Source: an uncultured Gammaproteobacteria bacterium
Lineage (GTDB): Bacteria > Pseudomonadota > Gammaproteobacteria > GCA-002705445 > GCA-002716945
Direction of reading: 5' to 3'
Length of the DNA stretch: 64,000 bases
Assembly (NCBI GenBank): GCA_902535975.1
Contig: CACAVP010000001.1
Span: 6,352 to 70,351, forward strand
A program made the translations under genes and the position numbers. The notes under the pieces are model-generated. The model was not told where the DNA came from. It ran no database searches and saw only the letters and a program-made list of their open reading frames with translations. This document shows, piece after piece, positions 1 to 10,585 of the stretch. The first letter of the stretch is position 1. The number at the start of each line of letters is the position of its first letter.

Positions 1-468
1 TTCATATGCGCGGAACTTAAATCTACAGATGATAATGTAATTGATAAAATTACTGGTTTGCAGAATGAGATCAAGACTCTTAAGAAAAAAAATATTTTGT
101 ATTCCAAAGATTTTTTGACAAACCTTTATAAAGGTTATTCGGGTATTAATTTAAAAAATAATGTTATTTGTTTTATTGAGTGTGTTGATGATTTAGATTC
201 TAATGAATCGAGATTACTTACTGACATTATTAAATCTAATCATGATAAAAGCCTAAGTTTTCTATTAAGTAAATCTAAAAAAAATATAACTTGTTATATT
301 TGTGTATCTAAAAATATTATTTCTAGTTATAATGCGAAAAATTTATCCAAAGAGTTAAATACGAACTTTAACGGCAAAGGCGGAGGGAACGATACTTTCG
401 CAACAGTTGTCTTAAACGACACAAATGTTGATAAAATTAAGACGTTTATAACAGAAATAATAAAATGA
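1..468 (+). CDS. alaS: alanyl-tRNA synthetase, C-terminal fragment (5' end outside window)
   Basis: Frame is open from nt 1. The C-terminal KGGGxD..A motif resembles the AlaS DHHA1/C-terminal GGGGRPDMAQAGG region. Synteny alaS-lysC-csrA-tRNASer matches Pseudomonas. Confidence 0.6.
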   Translation, partial: FICAELKSTDDNVIDKITGLQNEIKTLKKKNILYSKDFLTNLYKGYSGINLKNNVICFIECVDDLDSNESRLLTDIIKSNHDKSLSFLLSKSKKNITCYICVSKNIISSYNAKNLSKELNTNFNGKGGGNDTFATVVLNDTNVDKIKTFITEIIK

Positions 469-1676
469 AAGTAATAGTAAAAAAATATGGCGGCACTTCT
501 GTCTCTAGCGTAACTAAAATAAAAAACATTGCAAAAAAGGTTGTAGATGATGCTACTCGTAACAATGTTGTGGTTGTACTCTCAGCAATGGGTAAAACTA
601 CTGATCAGCTTGTTTCGCTAGCAAATAGATGCACAAAAAATCCAGATATGAGGGACTATGATCTCCTGGTATCATCTGGTGAGCAAGTAAGCATTTCTCT
701 GTTATCGATGTCTATCAAGGATTTGGGTAGAGATGCTGTTGCATATACAGGGTGGCAAGCAGGCATAAGAACAAATAATTCACATTCATCTGCTCGCATT
801 GTAGATATAAATGCTAAAAAAATTAAAAAAGACTTAAAAGAGAACAAAATTGTAATCGTTGCAGGATTTCAAGGAATAAATAACGGTTCCATAACTACTC
901 TTGGAAGAGGTGGTTCCGATACATCTGCCGTAGCACTTGCTGCAGCATTGAAAGCTGCTGAGTGTCAGATATTCACAGATGTAGATGGAGTATATACAAC
1001 TGATCCTCGAGTTTGTTCAAAAGCTAAAAAAGTCGATCAAATGACTTATGAAGAGATGCTAGAAATGTCTGGTTTAGGCTCTAAAGTGTTACAATTACGA
1101 TCAGTTGAATTTGCGAGTAAATACAATGTTCCAGTTCGAGTTATGCATGCTCATAATTCAGGATCTGGTACATTAATTAAAAAAGAGGAGAAAAGCGTGG
1201 AAGATGCATTAATTACAGGAATAGCATTTACCAAAGATGAATCAGAGATAATGATTAGGGGCGTTAAAGACTCTCCTGGTATCGCCGCATCTATTCTGGG
1301 TCCTATCGGCGATGCAGATATCGAAGTGGACATGATAGTTCAAAACGTTGGCTCTGATGGATTGGCAGATTTTACTTTTACGGTCAGCAGAAAAGACTTT
1401 AATAAAGCAATACAAGTTATTGAAAAGAATAAGAAAAAAATGAATTTTTCAGATGTTTCTGCGACTAAAAATATTGTAAAGGTATCTCTGATAGGAGTTG
1501 GTATGAGATCTCATGCTGGAATAGCTGGCCAGATGTTCTCCTGCCTAGCGAGGAAAAAAATCAATATTCGTATGATTTCAACATCAGAAATCAAAATTTC
1601 TGTGGTAATTGATCAAAAAAACCTAGAAAACGCCGTTAAGGCGTTACATAATGAATTTAAGCTAGAAAGGAAATAA
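465..1676 (+). CDS. lysC: aspartate kinase (monofunctional, with ACT domains)
   Basis: N-terminal KYGGTSV motif and amino-acid-kinase domain. C-terminal ACT-like repeats. 403 aa. Confidence 0.9.
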   Translation: MKVIVKKYGGTSVSSVTKIKNIAKKVVDDATRNNVVVVLSAMGKTTDQLVSLANRCTKNPDMRDYDLLVSSGEQVSISLLSMSIKDLGRDAVAYTGWQAGIRTNNSHSSARIVDINAKKIKKDLKENKIVIVAGFQGINNGSITTLGRGGSDTSAVALAAALKAAECQIFTDVDGVYTTDPRVCSKAKKVDQMTYEEMLEMSGLGSKVLQLRSVEFASKYNVPVRVMHAHNSGSGTLIKKEEKSVEDALITGIAFTKDESEIMIRGVKDSPGIAASILGPIGDADIEVDMIVQNVGSDGLADFTFTVSRKDFNKAIQVIEKNKKKMNFSDVSATKNIVKVSLIGVGMRSHAGIAGQMFSCLARKKINIRMISTSEIKISVVIDQKNLENAVKALHNEFKLERK

Positions 1677-1702
1677 TCTGGCCGGAAATGGAGGGGGAAA
1701 TC

Positions 1703-1888
1703 ATGCTTATACTAACTAGGCGTGTAGGAGAAGCTTTGATGGTAGGTGACGATACCAAAATTGTAGTTTTAGGGGTTAAAGGTAGCCAAATAAGACTAGG
1801 TATCAATGCACCCAAAGATGTCAAAGTTCACAGAGAAGAGATTTACGAAAAGATTAATGTAGATACTTCTGAAACTGCTACAAAGTAA
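1703..1888 (+). CDS. csrA: carbon storage regulator CsrA/RsmA
   Basis: [10 protein letters not shown]...GVKG.QIRLGI.AP. The true start is the internal ATG at 1703, preceded by a GGAGGGGG ribosome-binding site. The track ORF starts at 1688. Confidence 0.9.
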   Translation: MLILTRRVGEALMVGDDTKIVVLGVKGSQIRLGINAPKDVKVHREEIYEKINVDTSETATK

Positions 1889-1902
1889 ACCAAATAATAC
1901 AG

Positions 1903-1990
1903 GGAGAAGTGGCTGAGTGGCTGAAAGCGGCACCCTGCTAAGGTGTTATAGGGTTATTCTCTATCGAGGGTTCGAATCCCTCCTTCTCCA
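1903..1990 (+). tRNA. tRNA-Ser (anticodon GCU), class II long variable arm
   Basis: GGAGAAG acceptor stem pairing with CTTCTCC. Anticodon loop CTGCTAA. TTCGAATCC T-loop. 88 nt. Confidence 0.85.
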
Positions 1991-1992
1991 AA

Positions 1993-3396
1993 CTAAGTCG
2001 ATTTCGGGAGTTTTTGGAAGGCATCTAATGCTCTTTGTCTAGTAGTTGATAGATCTACAATTGGTCGCGGGTAGTCACTATCAAGTTTTACACCATATTC
2101 TATTAGTCTATTTTCATCAAGATCAGCTGGTAAATGTATGTATTTACTTGGAATATTTTTCAACTCCGGAACATATTTTCGAATATAATCTCCGGTAGGA
2201 TCAAATTTTTTACTTTGCGTTACAGGGTTAAAAATTCTGAAATAGGGTGCTGCATCAGCTCCTGTACCTGCAACCCATTGCCAACTGGCGCTGTTACTTG
2301 CAATGTCTGCATCTACTAAAGTGTCCCAGAACCATTCTTGACCATATCTCCAATGTGTTAAGAGGTTTTTTACTAGAAATGAGCCTACAATCATACGCAC
2401 CCTATTATGCATATATCCTGTTTGCCATAGCTGTCTCATACCTGCATCAACTATAGGATAGCCTGTTAGCCCTTTCTGCCAAGATTTAATATTTTTTTGC
2501 TTATTTTCCCACTCGAAAGAGTCAAATTTCTTCTGTAAATTATCATGTATTAGATGGGGAAAATGAAACAGTAGGTGGTATGAAAATTCTCTCCAAACGA
2601 GTTCTTTATAAAATATCTCGCTATCATGACTGTTATCATCTTGAATAGATTCTGATAATTGTCTAATAGAGATTTCTCCAAACCTTATATGAGGTGACAG
2701 CATGGATGTTTTTGGCAAATCAGGTCTATTTCTATCTTCTGCATAACCTTGTAATCCTGAGGATAAGAAGGTGCCCAACCTTGTATTAGCACCTTTTTCG
2801 CCCGGTTCCCATATACTATCCAGCTTTTTATGCCAACTTTCCTCTGGCACGGCAGCTTCAATGACCGATTTGCTATCTTTGCTTTCTCTTGTTGGAAGAT
2901 AATGCAGTTTGCAGATATCGTAATTGTAAGATTCATATCTAAATTCGCTATATTTCTGCTTGTAGAAAGGTGTATATACTTTGAAAGGAGTACCATCTTT
3001 TTTTAGAGTTTTACTCGGATCCCTAAGTAAAGTTGAATGATAGATATTTAATGTAAGTCCCTGTTTTATAATATATTGTTCAATCTCATTGTCTTGTGAT
3101 AACTCTTGTTTGGAGTACCTTGCGTTCCAACACACATCAGTTATGTCATAACTATCAATTAGCTGTTTAAGTATAGTTTTTGGATCACCCTTTATAATAA
3201 CAAGATTGCCACTCATAGATTTGCAAAGAGACCCCAGACTTTTTTTGAGCCACCATCTGCTACTAGACCCAATAGGCATGGATTCATCAATAATATAAAC
3301 TGGTAGAACACTGTAGTTATTCGCTAAGCATAAATTAACTGTTTGGTTATCAGTCAACCTAAGATCGTTTCTAAACCAAATAAGACAATTTTTCAC
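1993..3396 (-). CDS. phrB: deoxyribodipyrimidine (CPD) photolyase, class I
   Basis: N-terminal LIWFRNDLRL. C-terminal WQWVAGTGADAAPYFRIFNP FAD-binding signature. Confidence 0.85.
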   Translation of the reverse strand: MKNCLIWFRNDLRLTDNQTVNLCLANNYSVLPVYIIDESMPIGSSSRWWLKKSLGSLCKSMSGNLVIIKGDPKTILKQLIDSYDITDVCWNARYSKQELSQDNEIEQYIIKQGLTLNIYHSTLLRDPSKTLKKDGTPFKVYTPFYKQKYSEFRYESYNYDICKLHYLPTRESKDSKSVIEAAVPEESWHKKLDSIWEPGEKGANTRLGTFLSSGLQGYAEDRNRPDLPKTSMLSPHIRFGEISIRQLSESIQDDNSHDSEIFYKELVWREFSYHLLFHFPHLIHDNLQKKFDSFEWENKQKNIKSWQKGLTGYPIVDAGMRQLWQTGYMHNRVRMIVGSFLVKNLLTHWRYGQEWFWDTLVDADIASNSASWQWVAGTGADAAPYFRIFNPVTQSKKFDPTGDYIRKYVPELKNIPSKYIHLPADLDENRLIEYGVKLDSDYPRPIVDLSTTRQRALDAFQKLPKST

Positions 3397-3507
3397 TAAT
3401 AATACTCCTTGTTTATCAATTGCAAATCATTTGCTATAAATGCCAAGATTATCAGAGGTGATGCGTAAATTCACCTTTTTAGGCAGACAAGAGTGTATAA
3501 TTAAAAA

Positions 3508-4437
3508 ATGGAATTAAGCATAGAATACCTGGTAATTTTTCTGTTATTGCTCACGATCTCATATCTAGTTTATAAGAGTAAAAATACGTCAAATAACAGT
3601 ACGGTAGGTGACCATAATCAAATAACTCTTGAGCAGTTAAAAGATGCTGTTAGAGAGTTAGAGAGGGCAACCAATCAAAATTCGTCAAATATGAACGAGA
3701 TGTATACACTTTTAACTAAAGGAGGCTCGGTAGCTGGAAAATTCGGAGAAATTAATCTAAAGACAATACTTGAGAGCGCAGGTTTTAAAAAAGGCGTCAC
3801 ATATGACGAGCAGAAGGGCGTTGGCGGCTCAATTCCTGATATTGTCATCAAATTACCAGATAGTAAAAAAGTAATTATTGATTCGAAAGTTTCACTTGCA
3901 GATTATAATGACTACCTTAACGCAAAAGACGATATAATAAAGGATAATGCCCTCAAAAAGCATCAAACATCTATTAAAAATCATATAAAGTCGTTATCTT
4001 CGTCTAATTATCGAAGTCTTTTTGGAGATGACTCCCTTGACTTGATTATTATGTTTATGCCGATAGAGGGAGCATATATGCTTGCATGTGATGATGATAT
4101 GGTTAGGAAAGCTTCTACTGAAAAAATAGCAATTGTTGGCCCAACTACATTAATCGCTATATTACAAATCATATCACGCATATGGAGCAGCAAGCGACAG
4201 TCAGAAGCAACAAATGAAATAATCCGTGCTGCAACTGATATTTATGACAAAACAAGATTAGTTGGAGAAGCATTTGAAGAATTTGAGAAACATCTTGCGC
4301 AGGCAAATAAATCTATTGCGTCAGGTAAAACAAGAACTAAAAACCTTGTTTCTAAAGTTGAAAAAATGCGTACAATAGGTGGCTTAGAGCCAATTAAGGA
4401 TATTTCAGATAAACTTAAAGTCATTGATAAAGACTAA
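3508..4437 (+). CDS. rmuC: DNA recombination protein RmuC (short form)
   Basis: GEINLKTILE...VIDSKVSL...IMFMPIEGAY motifs of the RmuC family. N-terminal transmembrane helix. Confidence 0.75.
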   Translation: MELSIEYLVIFLLLLTISYLVYKSKNTSNNSTVGDHNQITLEQLKDAVRELERATNQNSSNMNEMYTLLTKGGSVAGKFGEINLKTILESAGFKKGVTYDEQKGVGGSIPDIVIKLPDSKKVIIDSKVSLADYNDYLNAKDDIIKDNALKKHQTSIKNHIKSLSSSNYRSLFGDDSLDLIIMFMPIEGAYMLACDDDMVRKASTEKIAIVGPTTLIAILQIISRIWSSKRQSEATNEIIRAATDIYDKTRLVGEAFEEFEKHLAQANKSIASGKTRTKNLVSKVEKMRTIGGLEPIKDISDKLKVIDKD

Positions 4438-4438
4438 T

Positions 4439-4511
4439 GCGCCTGTAGCTCAGGGGATAGAGCAATGGTTTTCTAAACCATCGGTCGGAGGTTCGAATCC
4501 TTCCAGGCGTG
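4439..4511 (+). tRNA. tRNA-Arg (anticodon UCU)
   Basis: Cloverleaf: acceptor GCGCCTG/CAGGCGT (G1:U72 wobble), anticodon loop TTTCTAA, T-loop TTCGAAT. 73 nt. Confidence 0.8.
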
Positions 4512-4554
4512 TTATAGTAGATAAAAATATTTTTGTTAGACATCGGAGGTCGTT

Positions 4555-4953
4555 ATGTTGAGTGTGCACCCAATATTTATTCTTGTTTCAATTTGGAGTG
4601 GGGTAATAATTTTCTTTTCGGCAGTAGTTGCCCCAACTGTCTTTAAATCATTAGAAGAGAGAGAGGCTGGCGTATTTCTCAGAGCATTTTTCCCAAAATA
4701 CTATATTTTTGGAATTGTGCTAGGGATAGCATCTGTGATAATACTAATGATTATGCCTATTAGTGTCATTTTGACTTATGGTATTGCTGCAATGACATTA
4801 CTGACTATACTAGGGAGGATGTCTATACCAGTAATCAACAATGCTAGAGATTCTGGAGACGAGGCTGGATTTAAGAGATATCACCTCATCAGCGTTATGA
4901 TGAATATATTAACGTTGATTATAGGACTCGTGATCTTGGGTATATATTTATAA
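4555..4953 (+). CDS. small integral membrane protein (DUF4149/TMEM205-like)
   Basis: Four predicted hydrophobic helices. VAP..FK.L.E.EAG..LR.FF..YY pattern. Confidence 0.4.
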   Translation: MLSVHPIFILVSIWSGVIIFFSAVVAPTVFKSLEEREAGVFLRAFFPKYYIFGIVLGIASVIILMIMPISVILTYGIAAMTLLTILGRMSIPVINNARDSGDEAGFKRYHLISVMMNILTLIIGLVILGIYL

Positions 4954-5808
4954 ATGGTATATAAAACAATAATATCTATCGATGATTTAAAAAATAATCT
5001 AAATAATGATGACTTTCTAATCTTTGACTCTCGCTGTGATATTAAAGACAGCGGATACGGTATTGATTCTTATACAGAAGGGCACATTCCAAACTCGATT
5101 TTTGTTGATGTTGACACTGATCTTGCCAGCGAGAAAAGGCCAGGGACAGGTCGCCATCCTTTGCCAGATCCAAATACATTCTCCGAGAAGCTCTCTCATT
5201 GGGGTATGAGTAATAATAAACAGGTTGTTGTCTATGATGATGCAGGCGGGGCCTTTGCCGGTCGGCTTTGGTGGATGTTGAAGTGGTTAGGTCATGAAGC
5301 TGTAGCAGTCTTGGATGGAGGGCTAAATTCCTGGGTTAAAGGAGGAAATAAGCTTGTTACAACACCTACAGTTTTTGAAAAAGCACATTTTGAGCCTTGT
5401 GTTCAAGAAAATATGATTGCTAAAGTTGAAGATGTTGAGGAAGCCCAATTTAAAATGAATACGATCTTGTTAGATGCTCGATCAAAAGAGAGGTACCAAG
5501 GGATAAATGATCCTGTGGATCCAATTGCAGGACATGTACCAGGTGCGATATCCCACCCACTGGGTACAAATCTTGATAAAACAGCCAAATTTAGGAGAAA
5601 AGAGGATCTACAACACAATTTTAATAAAATCTCAAATGATATGAAGGATAAAGAAATTATATCGATGTGCGGTTCAGGCATAACTGCTTGCCATAACATC
5701 CTCGCGCTTGAAATTATTGGAATAAGAGATGTTAAGCTTTACGTTGGATCATGGAGCGAGTGGATCACGGATGCCAACAGGCCAATAGTTACAATCAAAT
5801 CTAACTAA
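4954..5808 (+). CDS. sseA: 3-mercaptopyruvate/thiosulfate sulfurtransferase (tandem rhodanese)
   Basis: Two rhodanese domains. Active-site CGSGITAC near the C-terminus. Confidence 0.8.
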   Translation: MVYKTIISIDDLKNNLNNDDFLIFDSRCDIKDSGYGIDSYTEGHIPNSIFVDVDTDLASEKRPGTGRHPLPDPNTFSEKLSHWGMSNNKQVVVYDDAGGAFAGRLWWMLKWLGHEAVAVLDGGLNSWVKGGNKLVTTPTVFEKAHFEPCVQENMIAKVEDVEEAQFKMNTILLDARSKERYQGINDPVDPIAGHVPGAISHPLGTNLDKTAKFRRKEDLQHNFNKISNDMKDKEIISMCGSGITACHNILALEIIGIRDVKLYVGSWSEWITDANRPIVTIKSN

Positions 5809-7003
5809 TTCTTTCATAGTTTTTAACTATGTAGGTTTCAATAATGTTCAAAAAGTCCTCTTTAATCCTGTCTCCTCTTAATGTCGTGACTTTTTCACCA
5901 TCAACATAGACAGGTGCGCTAGGTGATTCATTTGTTCCAGGCAAGCTTATACCTATGTTCGCATGTTTGGATTCACCCGGACCATTGACAATACATCCCA
6001 TCACAGCAATATTGATATTTTCAACATTTTTATACTGAGATTTCCAAGTTATCATATTGTTTTCTATATGATTATTTATATCCTTAGTCAATTCTATAAA
6101 ATAGTTACTGGATGTCCTGCCGCAACCTGGACAGGAAATAACTTTAGGCTTGAATTGTTTGAGCCCCAAGCTAGCAAGTATATTTTTACAAACATCGACC
6201 TCCTGTGTTCTTGCACCCATTTTATCTGGTGTCAATGACACTCTTATCGTGTCTCCAATACCCTGATTTATTAGTATGGATAATGCAGCTACAGAGGAGA
6301 CTATTGCCTCGTCACCCATTCCAGCCTCTGTGAGGCCGAGATGAAGTGGATATCTACATTTTTTCGCAATTCTTGTGTATACCTCAACAAGTTGAGTGAC
6401 TGATGACACCTTGCAGGATAATATAATCTTATTACTATCTAATCCAAGTTCTTCAGCTAGCTCCGCCGATTTTAGGACAGAGTCGATTAACGCGTCTTTG
6501 ATAATTTCCTCATACGTATCAGATTTTTTACCATCTACAATCGTCTTTTCTAGGTATGATCTGCTTAAGCTACCCCAGTTTCCTCCTATTCTTACTGCCT
6601 TATCATATTTTTTAGCAATGTTAATGATTTCAGTAAAATTTTTATTATCTGAGGAGCCGACATTTCCAGGATTAATTCTGTATTTATCTAAAATAGATGC
6701 AGCTTCAGGGTAACATGCCAAAAGAGTGTGGCCGTTATAATGAAAATCTCCAATCAAGGGGAGGTTATAATTAGATTTTACTAGTAAATCTTTGATTTTT
6801 ATGACACTTTTTGCACTATCTTCATTATTGACTGTTATGCGCACTAGCTCGGAACCGCTATCATACAGTTCCTTAATTTGTGATGCAGTTTTGAGACTGT
6901 CCTCCGTTTGGGTGTTAGTCATAGACTGAATTCTGATAGGGTGCGAAGAGCCTATTATGACTCCACCTACATCTACATCATATGTCTCTCGCCTTTTAAT
7001 CAT
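5801..7003 (-). CDS. ispG: 4-hydroxy-3-methylbut-2-enyl diphosphate synthase (flavodoxin)
   Basis: N-terminal RRETY.V.VG.V.IGS..PI.IQSMTNT and INPGNVG motifs align to E. coli IspG. 400 aa because of a larger inserted domain. Confidence 0.9.
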   Translation of the reverse strand: MIKRRETYDVDVGGVIIGSSHPIRIQSMTNTQTEDSLKTASQIKELYDSGSELVRITVNNEDSAKSVIKIKDLLVKSNYNLPLIGDFHYNGHTLLACYPEAASILDKYRINPGNVGSSDNKNFTEIINIAKKYDKAVRIGGNWGSLSRSYLEKTIVDGKKSDTYEEIIKDALIDSVLKSAELAEELGLDSNKIILSCKVSSVTQLVEVYTRIAKKCRYPLHLGLTEAGMGDEAIVSSVAALSILINQGIGDTIRVSLTPDKMGARTQEVDVCKNILASLGLKQFKPKVISCPGCGRTSSNYFIELTKDINNHIENNMITWKSQYKNVENINIAVMGCIVNGPGESKHANIGISLPGTNESPSAPVYVDGEKVTTLRGDRIKEDFLNIIETYIVKNYERIS

Positions 7004-7024
7004 TAATGATATTATAGTGAATAG

Positions 7025-8023
7025 TTGTATATGTTAACAGAAAGAGAAAATATATTAATTGAATGCCTTGTTAAGGATTATATATCCAAGGGGAGCGCGA
7101 TTAGCTCTGATAGGCTACTTGAGAGGACTGGATTAAAATATAGTACTGCCACAATAAGGAAAGATCTGATAAAACTTGAGAGCTTAGGGCTCGTGGAATC
7201 TACACATGTGTCATCAGGCAGAGTTCCCACGGTCAAAGGTTATCGATATTACATTGATAATAATCTCAAAAGAAAGCCTTTATCAAAATCTGAACAAGAA
7301 TCAATAAAAAGTCTTATTAAGTCGAACTTGAATGAGAGCTCTATAATCTCATCTGCAACAGAATATATATCTGAGTTATCAGATTTTGCAGCTGTAATTG
7401 GCTCGTTCAAAGACGATAAAAAAATATTTAATAAACTAGAAATTCATGAATTGTCGTCAAATAAAGCTCTAGCAGTGGTATATATGGAGAATAATCACAT
7501 CGACAATAAAATTATCGACATACAAGGATTATCTCTATCTAAGCTAAATGCGTGTGTGAGCTACTTAAATCAGAATTTTGGTGGTGTTGAGTTGAGAGAT
7601 ATTCCATCAATTTTGACTAAAGGGCTCGAGAGCATACGTGATGAGATAAATACGGCCCTTAAAGTCCTTAATAACTTCATTTATCCAGACGCAGCAGATT
7701 TTGTAGTTACTGGTCAAAAAAAACTTGTAGACTCTAGCGATTTCTACACGATCGATAAAGTAAAAAATTTAGTAGAATTATTCGATAAAAAACAGACACT
7801 TAAAGACTTAATGTTAAAATGTATTAAAAATGAGAATATTCAGATTTACATCGGTGATGAGTCCGGTACAGATTTACTGACAGACTGCAGTCTAATCTCT
7901 GCGCCATATCAAAAAAATAATGAAACAGTTGGAGTTCTTGGTGTGATTGGTCCAAAAAGGATGGATTACGAGAGAATAGTGGAGATTGTAGATTTTACTG
8001 CTAAAATGTTCTCGAAAAATTAA
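7025..8023 (+). CDS. hrcA: heat-inducible transcription repressor HrcA
   Basis: N-terminal winged-helix LTERE..IL..LV..Y...G.AISS..L. Sits upstream of grpE-dnaK-dnaJ. The start may be the ATG at 7031. Confidence 0.85.
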   Translation: MYMLTERENILIECLVKDYISKGSAISSDRLLERTGLKYSTATIRKDLIKLESLGLVESTHVSSGRVPTVKGYRYYIDNNLKRKPLSKSEQESIKSLIKSNLNESSIISSATEYISELSDFAAVIGSFKDDKKIFNKLEIHELSSNKALAVVYMENNHIDNKIIDIQGLSLSKLNACVSYLNQNFGGVELRDIPSILTKGLESIRDEINTALKVLNNFIYPDAADFVVTGQKKLVDSSDFYTIDKVKNLVELFDKKQTLKDLMLKCIKNENIQIYIGDESGTDLLTDCSLISAPYQKNNETVGVLGVIGPKRMDYERIVEIVDFTAKMFSKN

Positions 8024-8028
8024 GGTGC

Positions 8029-8571
8029 ATGTATATGATCGATAAAGAGAGCACAACAGAAACAACACCTGAAGAAGTCGAAGAGTCTGTATCTGAAAAT
8101 CAAGTCACTTCAGAGAACGAAAATGGCGAAAAAACTTGGGAAGAAAAATACAATGATACCTATGACGCACTTCTTAGGGCAAAAGCTGAGGTTGAAAATA
8201 TAAAAAAAAGGTCTGAAAAAGAAATTAGTAATGCATATAAGTTCAGTACAGAATCGATATTTTTAGATTTAATACCAATTTTTGAATCGCTTGACATTGC
8301 AGTTTCCCAAGATACGGACAGCCTTAATAAAGAGAACTTGGTTGAGGGCAATAAACTTCTAAAAAATATGTTTGATTCACTATTAGAAAAAAATTCTCTA
8401 GAAGTAATCAATCCAATTAATGAGAAATTCGACCCTAACTTACATCAAGCCATAAAAACTATCGAAAATAACAAAAAAGATGATAATACTGTGGATGAAG
8501 TCCTTCAGAAAGGATACAAACTAGTTGGCAGAGTGATAAAGCCTGCTCTCGTAGTGGTAATTAAGAACTAG
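8029..8571 (+). CDS. grpE: nucleotide exchange factor GrpE
   Basis: LLRAKAE.EN.KKR coiled coil and C-terminal GrpE fold motifs. Confidence 0.85.
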   Translation: MYMIDKESTTETTPEEVEESVSENQVTSENENGEKTWEEKYNDTYDALLRAKAEVENIKKRSEKEISNAYKFSTESIFLDLIPIFESLDIAVSQDTDSLNKENLVEGNKLLKNMFDSLLEKNSLEVINPINEKFDPNLHQAIKTIENNKKDDNTVDEVLQKGYKLVGRVIKPALVVVIKN

Positions 8572-8574
8572 TTG

Positions 8575-8604
8575 ACTTGAAAAATATCATTTTATACCCA
8601 TATT
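8575..8604 (+). promoter_or_regulatory. sigma32-type heat-shock promoter upstream of dnaK (CTTGAAA-N13-ACCCATATT)
   Basis: cTTGAAAaatatcattttatACCCATATt matches the RpoH consensus TTGAAA-N13-15-CCCCATNT. Lies 30-60 nt upstream of the dnaK GTG start. Confidence 0.6.
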
Positions 8605-8635
8605 ACCTGTGTAAATAACATAACAGGAGAAATTA

Positions 8636-10585
8636 GTGGCAATCATCGGAATAGATCTAGGTACAACTAACTCATGCGTATCCTTAATGGATGGCGATAA
8701 AACAAAGGTAATTGAAAATAGCGAGGGTGATAGAACAACCCCATCTTATGTTGCATTCACTGATGATGATGAAACACTAGTTGGTCAATCTGCTAAAAGA
8801 CAGGCTGTGACTAACCCGTCTAATACCCTGTATGCTATAAAACGTCTCATTGGAAGAAAGTTTGATGAAGAAGCAGTTCAAAAGGATATTGAACTAGTGC
8901 CATATTCTATTGTAAAAAATTCAAATGATGACGCTTGGGTTGAAGTTAATGGTAAAAAAATGGCTCCGCCGGAAGTATCAGCAAAAATACTAATGAAAAT
9001 GAAACAAACTGCAGAAGATTACCTTGGTGCAGAAGTTAAAGAAGCTGTAATAACTGTTCCAGCGTATTTTAATGACTCACAAAGACAAGCAACAAAGGAT
9101 GCTGGTAAAATTGCAGGTCTCGATGTTAAAAGAATCATAAATGAACCAACAGCTGCTGCGCTTGCATATGGTCTCGACAAAGCATCTAACGAAAAGAAGG
9201 TTGTTGTCTATGACTTAGGCGGAGGAACATTCGATGTATCAATAATCGAAATGACTAAGATTGATGGTGAACAGCAATTCGAAGTTTTATCAACTAGTGG
9301 CGATACGTTTCTCGGTGGAGAAGATTTTGATTTAAGATTAATCGATTATCTTGTTGATGAATTCAAAAAAGATCAGGGTATTGACCTTAAACAGGATCCA
9401 CTTGCAATTCAAAGGTTAAAAGAAGCTGCTGAGAAAGCAAAGATAGAGCTATCATCAAGCTCACAAACAGATATTAATCTTCCTTACGTGACAGCTGATG
9501 CGTCAGGGCCAAAACATATGAATCTTAAATTGAGTAGAGCTAAATTAGAATCACTAGTTGATGATCTAGTTCAGAAAACATTAGAGCCATGCAAAACAGC
9601 TCTTAAAGATGCAGGAGTTTCTGTCAGTGATATTGGTGAAGTAATTTTAGTTGGTGGTCAAACACGTATGCCAAAAGTACAAGAAACCGTAAAAGATTTC
9701 TTCAACAGGGAGCCAAAAAAAGACGTTAATCCTGATGAAGCTGTAGCCATGGGCGCAGCTATTCAAGCTGGTGTTCTTGGAGGTGATGTTAAAGACGTGC
9801 TTCTGCTCGATGTTACACCTTTAACATTAGGTATTGAGACTATGGGTGGTGTTAGAACTCCATTGATAGAAAAAAACACAACTATACCAACTAAAAAATC
9901 ACAGGTATTTTCAACTGCTGAGGATAATCAACCAGCGGTTACAGTCCATGTACTCCAAGGTGAAAGGGAAGTTGCATCTGGCAATAAGTCCCTAGGTAAG
10001 TTTGATTTATCAGATATACCACCAGCACCAAGAGGCACACCTCAGATTGAAGTCACATTTGATATTGATGCTAATGGAATATTGAATGTCTCCGCAAAGG
10101 ACAAAGCTACCGGAAAAGAACAATCGATCATAATCAAAGCCTCAAGCGGTCTTAGTGAAGAAGAAATCAATAATATGGTAAAAGATGCTGAGAAACATGC
10201 TGAAGCTGACAAAAAAGTCAAAGAACTTGTTGATGCAAAAAATCAAGCAGAAGCTATGATTAATGGATCTGAAAAAGCTATTAAAGATTTGGGCGACAAA
10301 GCTGATAAATCTGATGTAGATTCCACAAATAAGGCTATCGAAGATCTTAGAGAGGCTATAAAGACTGATGAGATCGAAAAAATAAAAGATTTGACAATGA
10401 AGCTTACTGAAGTTGCTGGTAAAATTGCGCAACAAGCTTATCAGGAACAAGCTCAAGCTGCAGGCGAGACAACTCAGACTGCAGATGGAAATGACAATGC
10501 AAATCCATCGAATAAAGATGCTGTAGATGCTGAATTTGAAGAAGTTGAAGATAGCCAAGACGAACCAAAAGAAAATACTAAATAA
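8636..10585 (+). CDS. dnaK: molecular chaperone DnaK (Hsp70)
   Basis: [12 protein letters not shown] and DLGGGTFD motifs with overall Hsp70 layout. GTG start with AGGAG ribosome-binding site. Confidence 0.95.
   Translation: MAIIGIDLGTTNSCVSLMDGDKTKVIENSEGDRTTPSYVAFTDDDETLVGQSAKRQAVTNPSNTLYAIKRLIGRKFDEEAVQKDIELVPYSIVKNSNDDAWVEVNGKKMAPPEVSAKILMKMKQTAEDYLGAEVKEAVITVPAYFNDSQRQATKDAGKIAGLDVKRIINEPTAAALAYGLDKASNEKKVVVYDLGGGTFDVSIIEMTKIDGEQQFEVLSTSGDTFLGGEDFDLRLIDYLVDEFKKDQGIDLKQDPLAIQRLKEAAEKAKIELSSSSQTDINLPYVTADASGPKHMNLKLSRAKLESLVDDLVQKTLEPCKTALKDAGVSVSDIGEVILVGGQTRMPKVQETVKDFFNREPKKDVNPDEAVAMGAAIQAGVLGGDVKDVLLLDVTPLTLGIETMGGVRTPLIEKNTTIPTKKSQVFSTAEDNQPAVTVHVLQGEREVASGNKSLGKFDLSDIPPAPRGTPQIEVTFDIDANGILNVSAKDKATGKEQSIIIKASSGLSEEEINNMVKDAEKHAEADKKVKELVDAKNQAEAMINGSEKAIKDLGDKADKSDVDSTNKAIEDLREAIKTDEIEKIKDLTMKLTEVAGKIAQQAYQEQAQAAGETTQTADGNDNANPSNKDAVDAEFEEVEDSQDEPKENTK

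Noticed and set aside
656-847. Short antisense ORFs embedded in well-supported genes (e.g. 656..847-, 1151..1333-, 2134..2456+, 4008..4424-, 10142..10683-, 22572..22962+, 33648..33872+)
   Set aside because: They lie entirely inside longer ORFs with strong family signatures on the opposite strand. They are low-complexity and AT-driven with no motif support, and are treated as spurious.
1688-1702. Longer csrA start (MEGEIM...) given by the ORF track
   Set aside because: CsrA proteins begin MLILTRR. The internal ATG at 1703 is preceded by a GGAGGGGG Shine-Dalgarno site. The extension is unlikely.
7004-7024. CIRCE operator upstream of hrcA
   Set aside because: The sequence (cattaatgatattatagtgaatagttgtat) has no TTAGCACTC/GAGTGCTAA half-sites.
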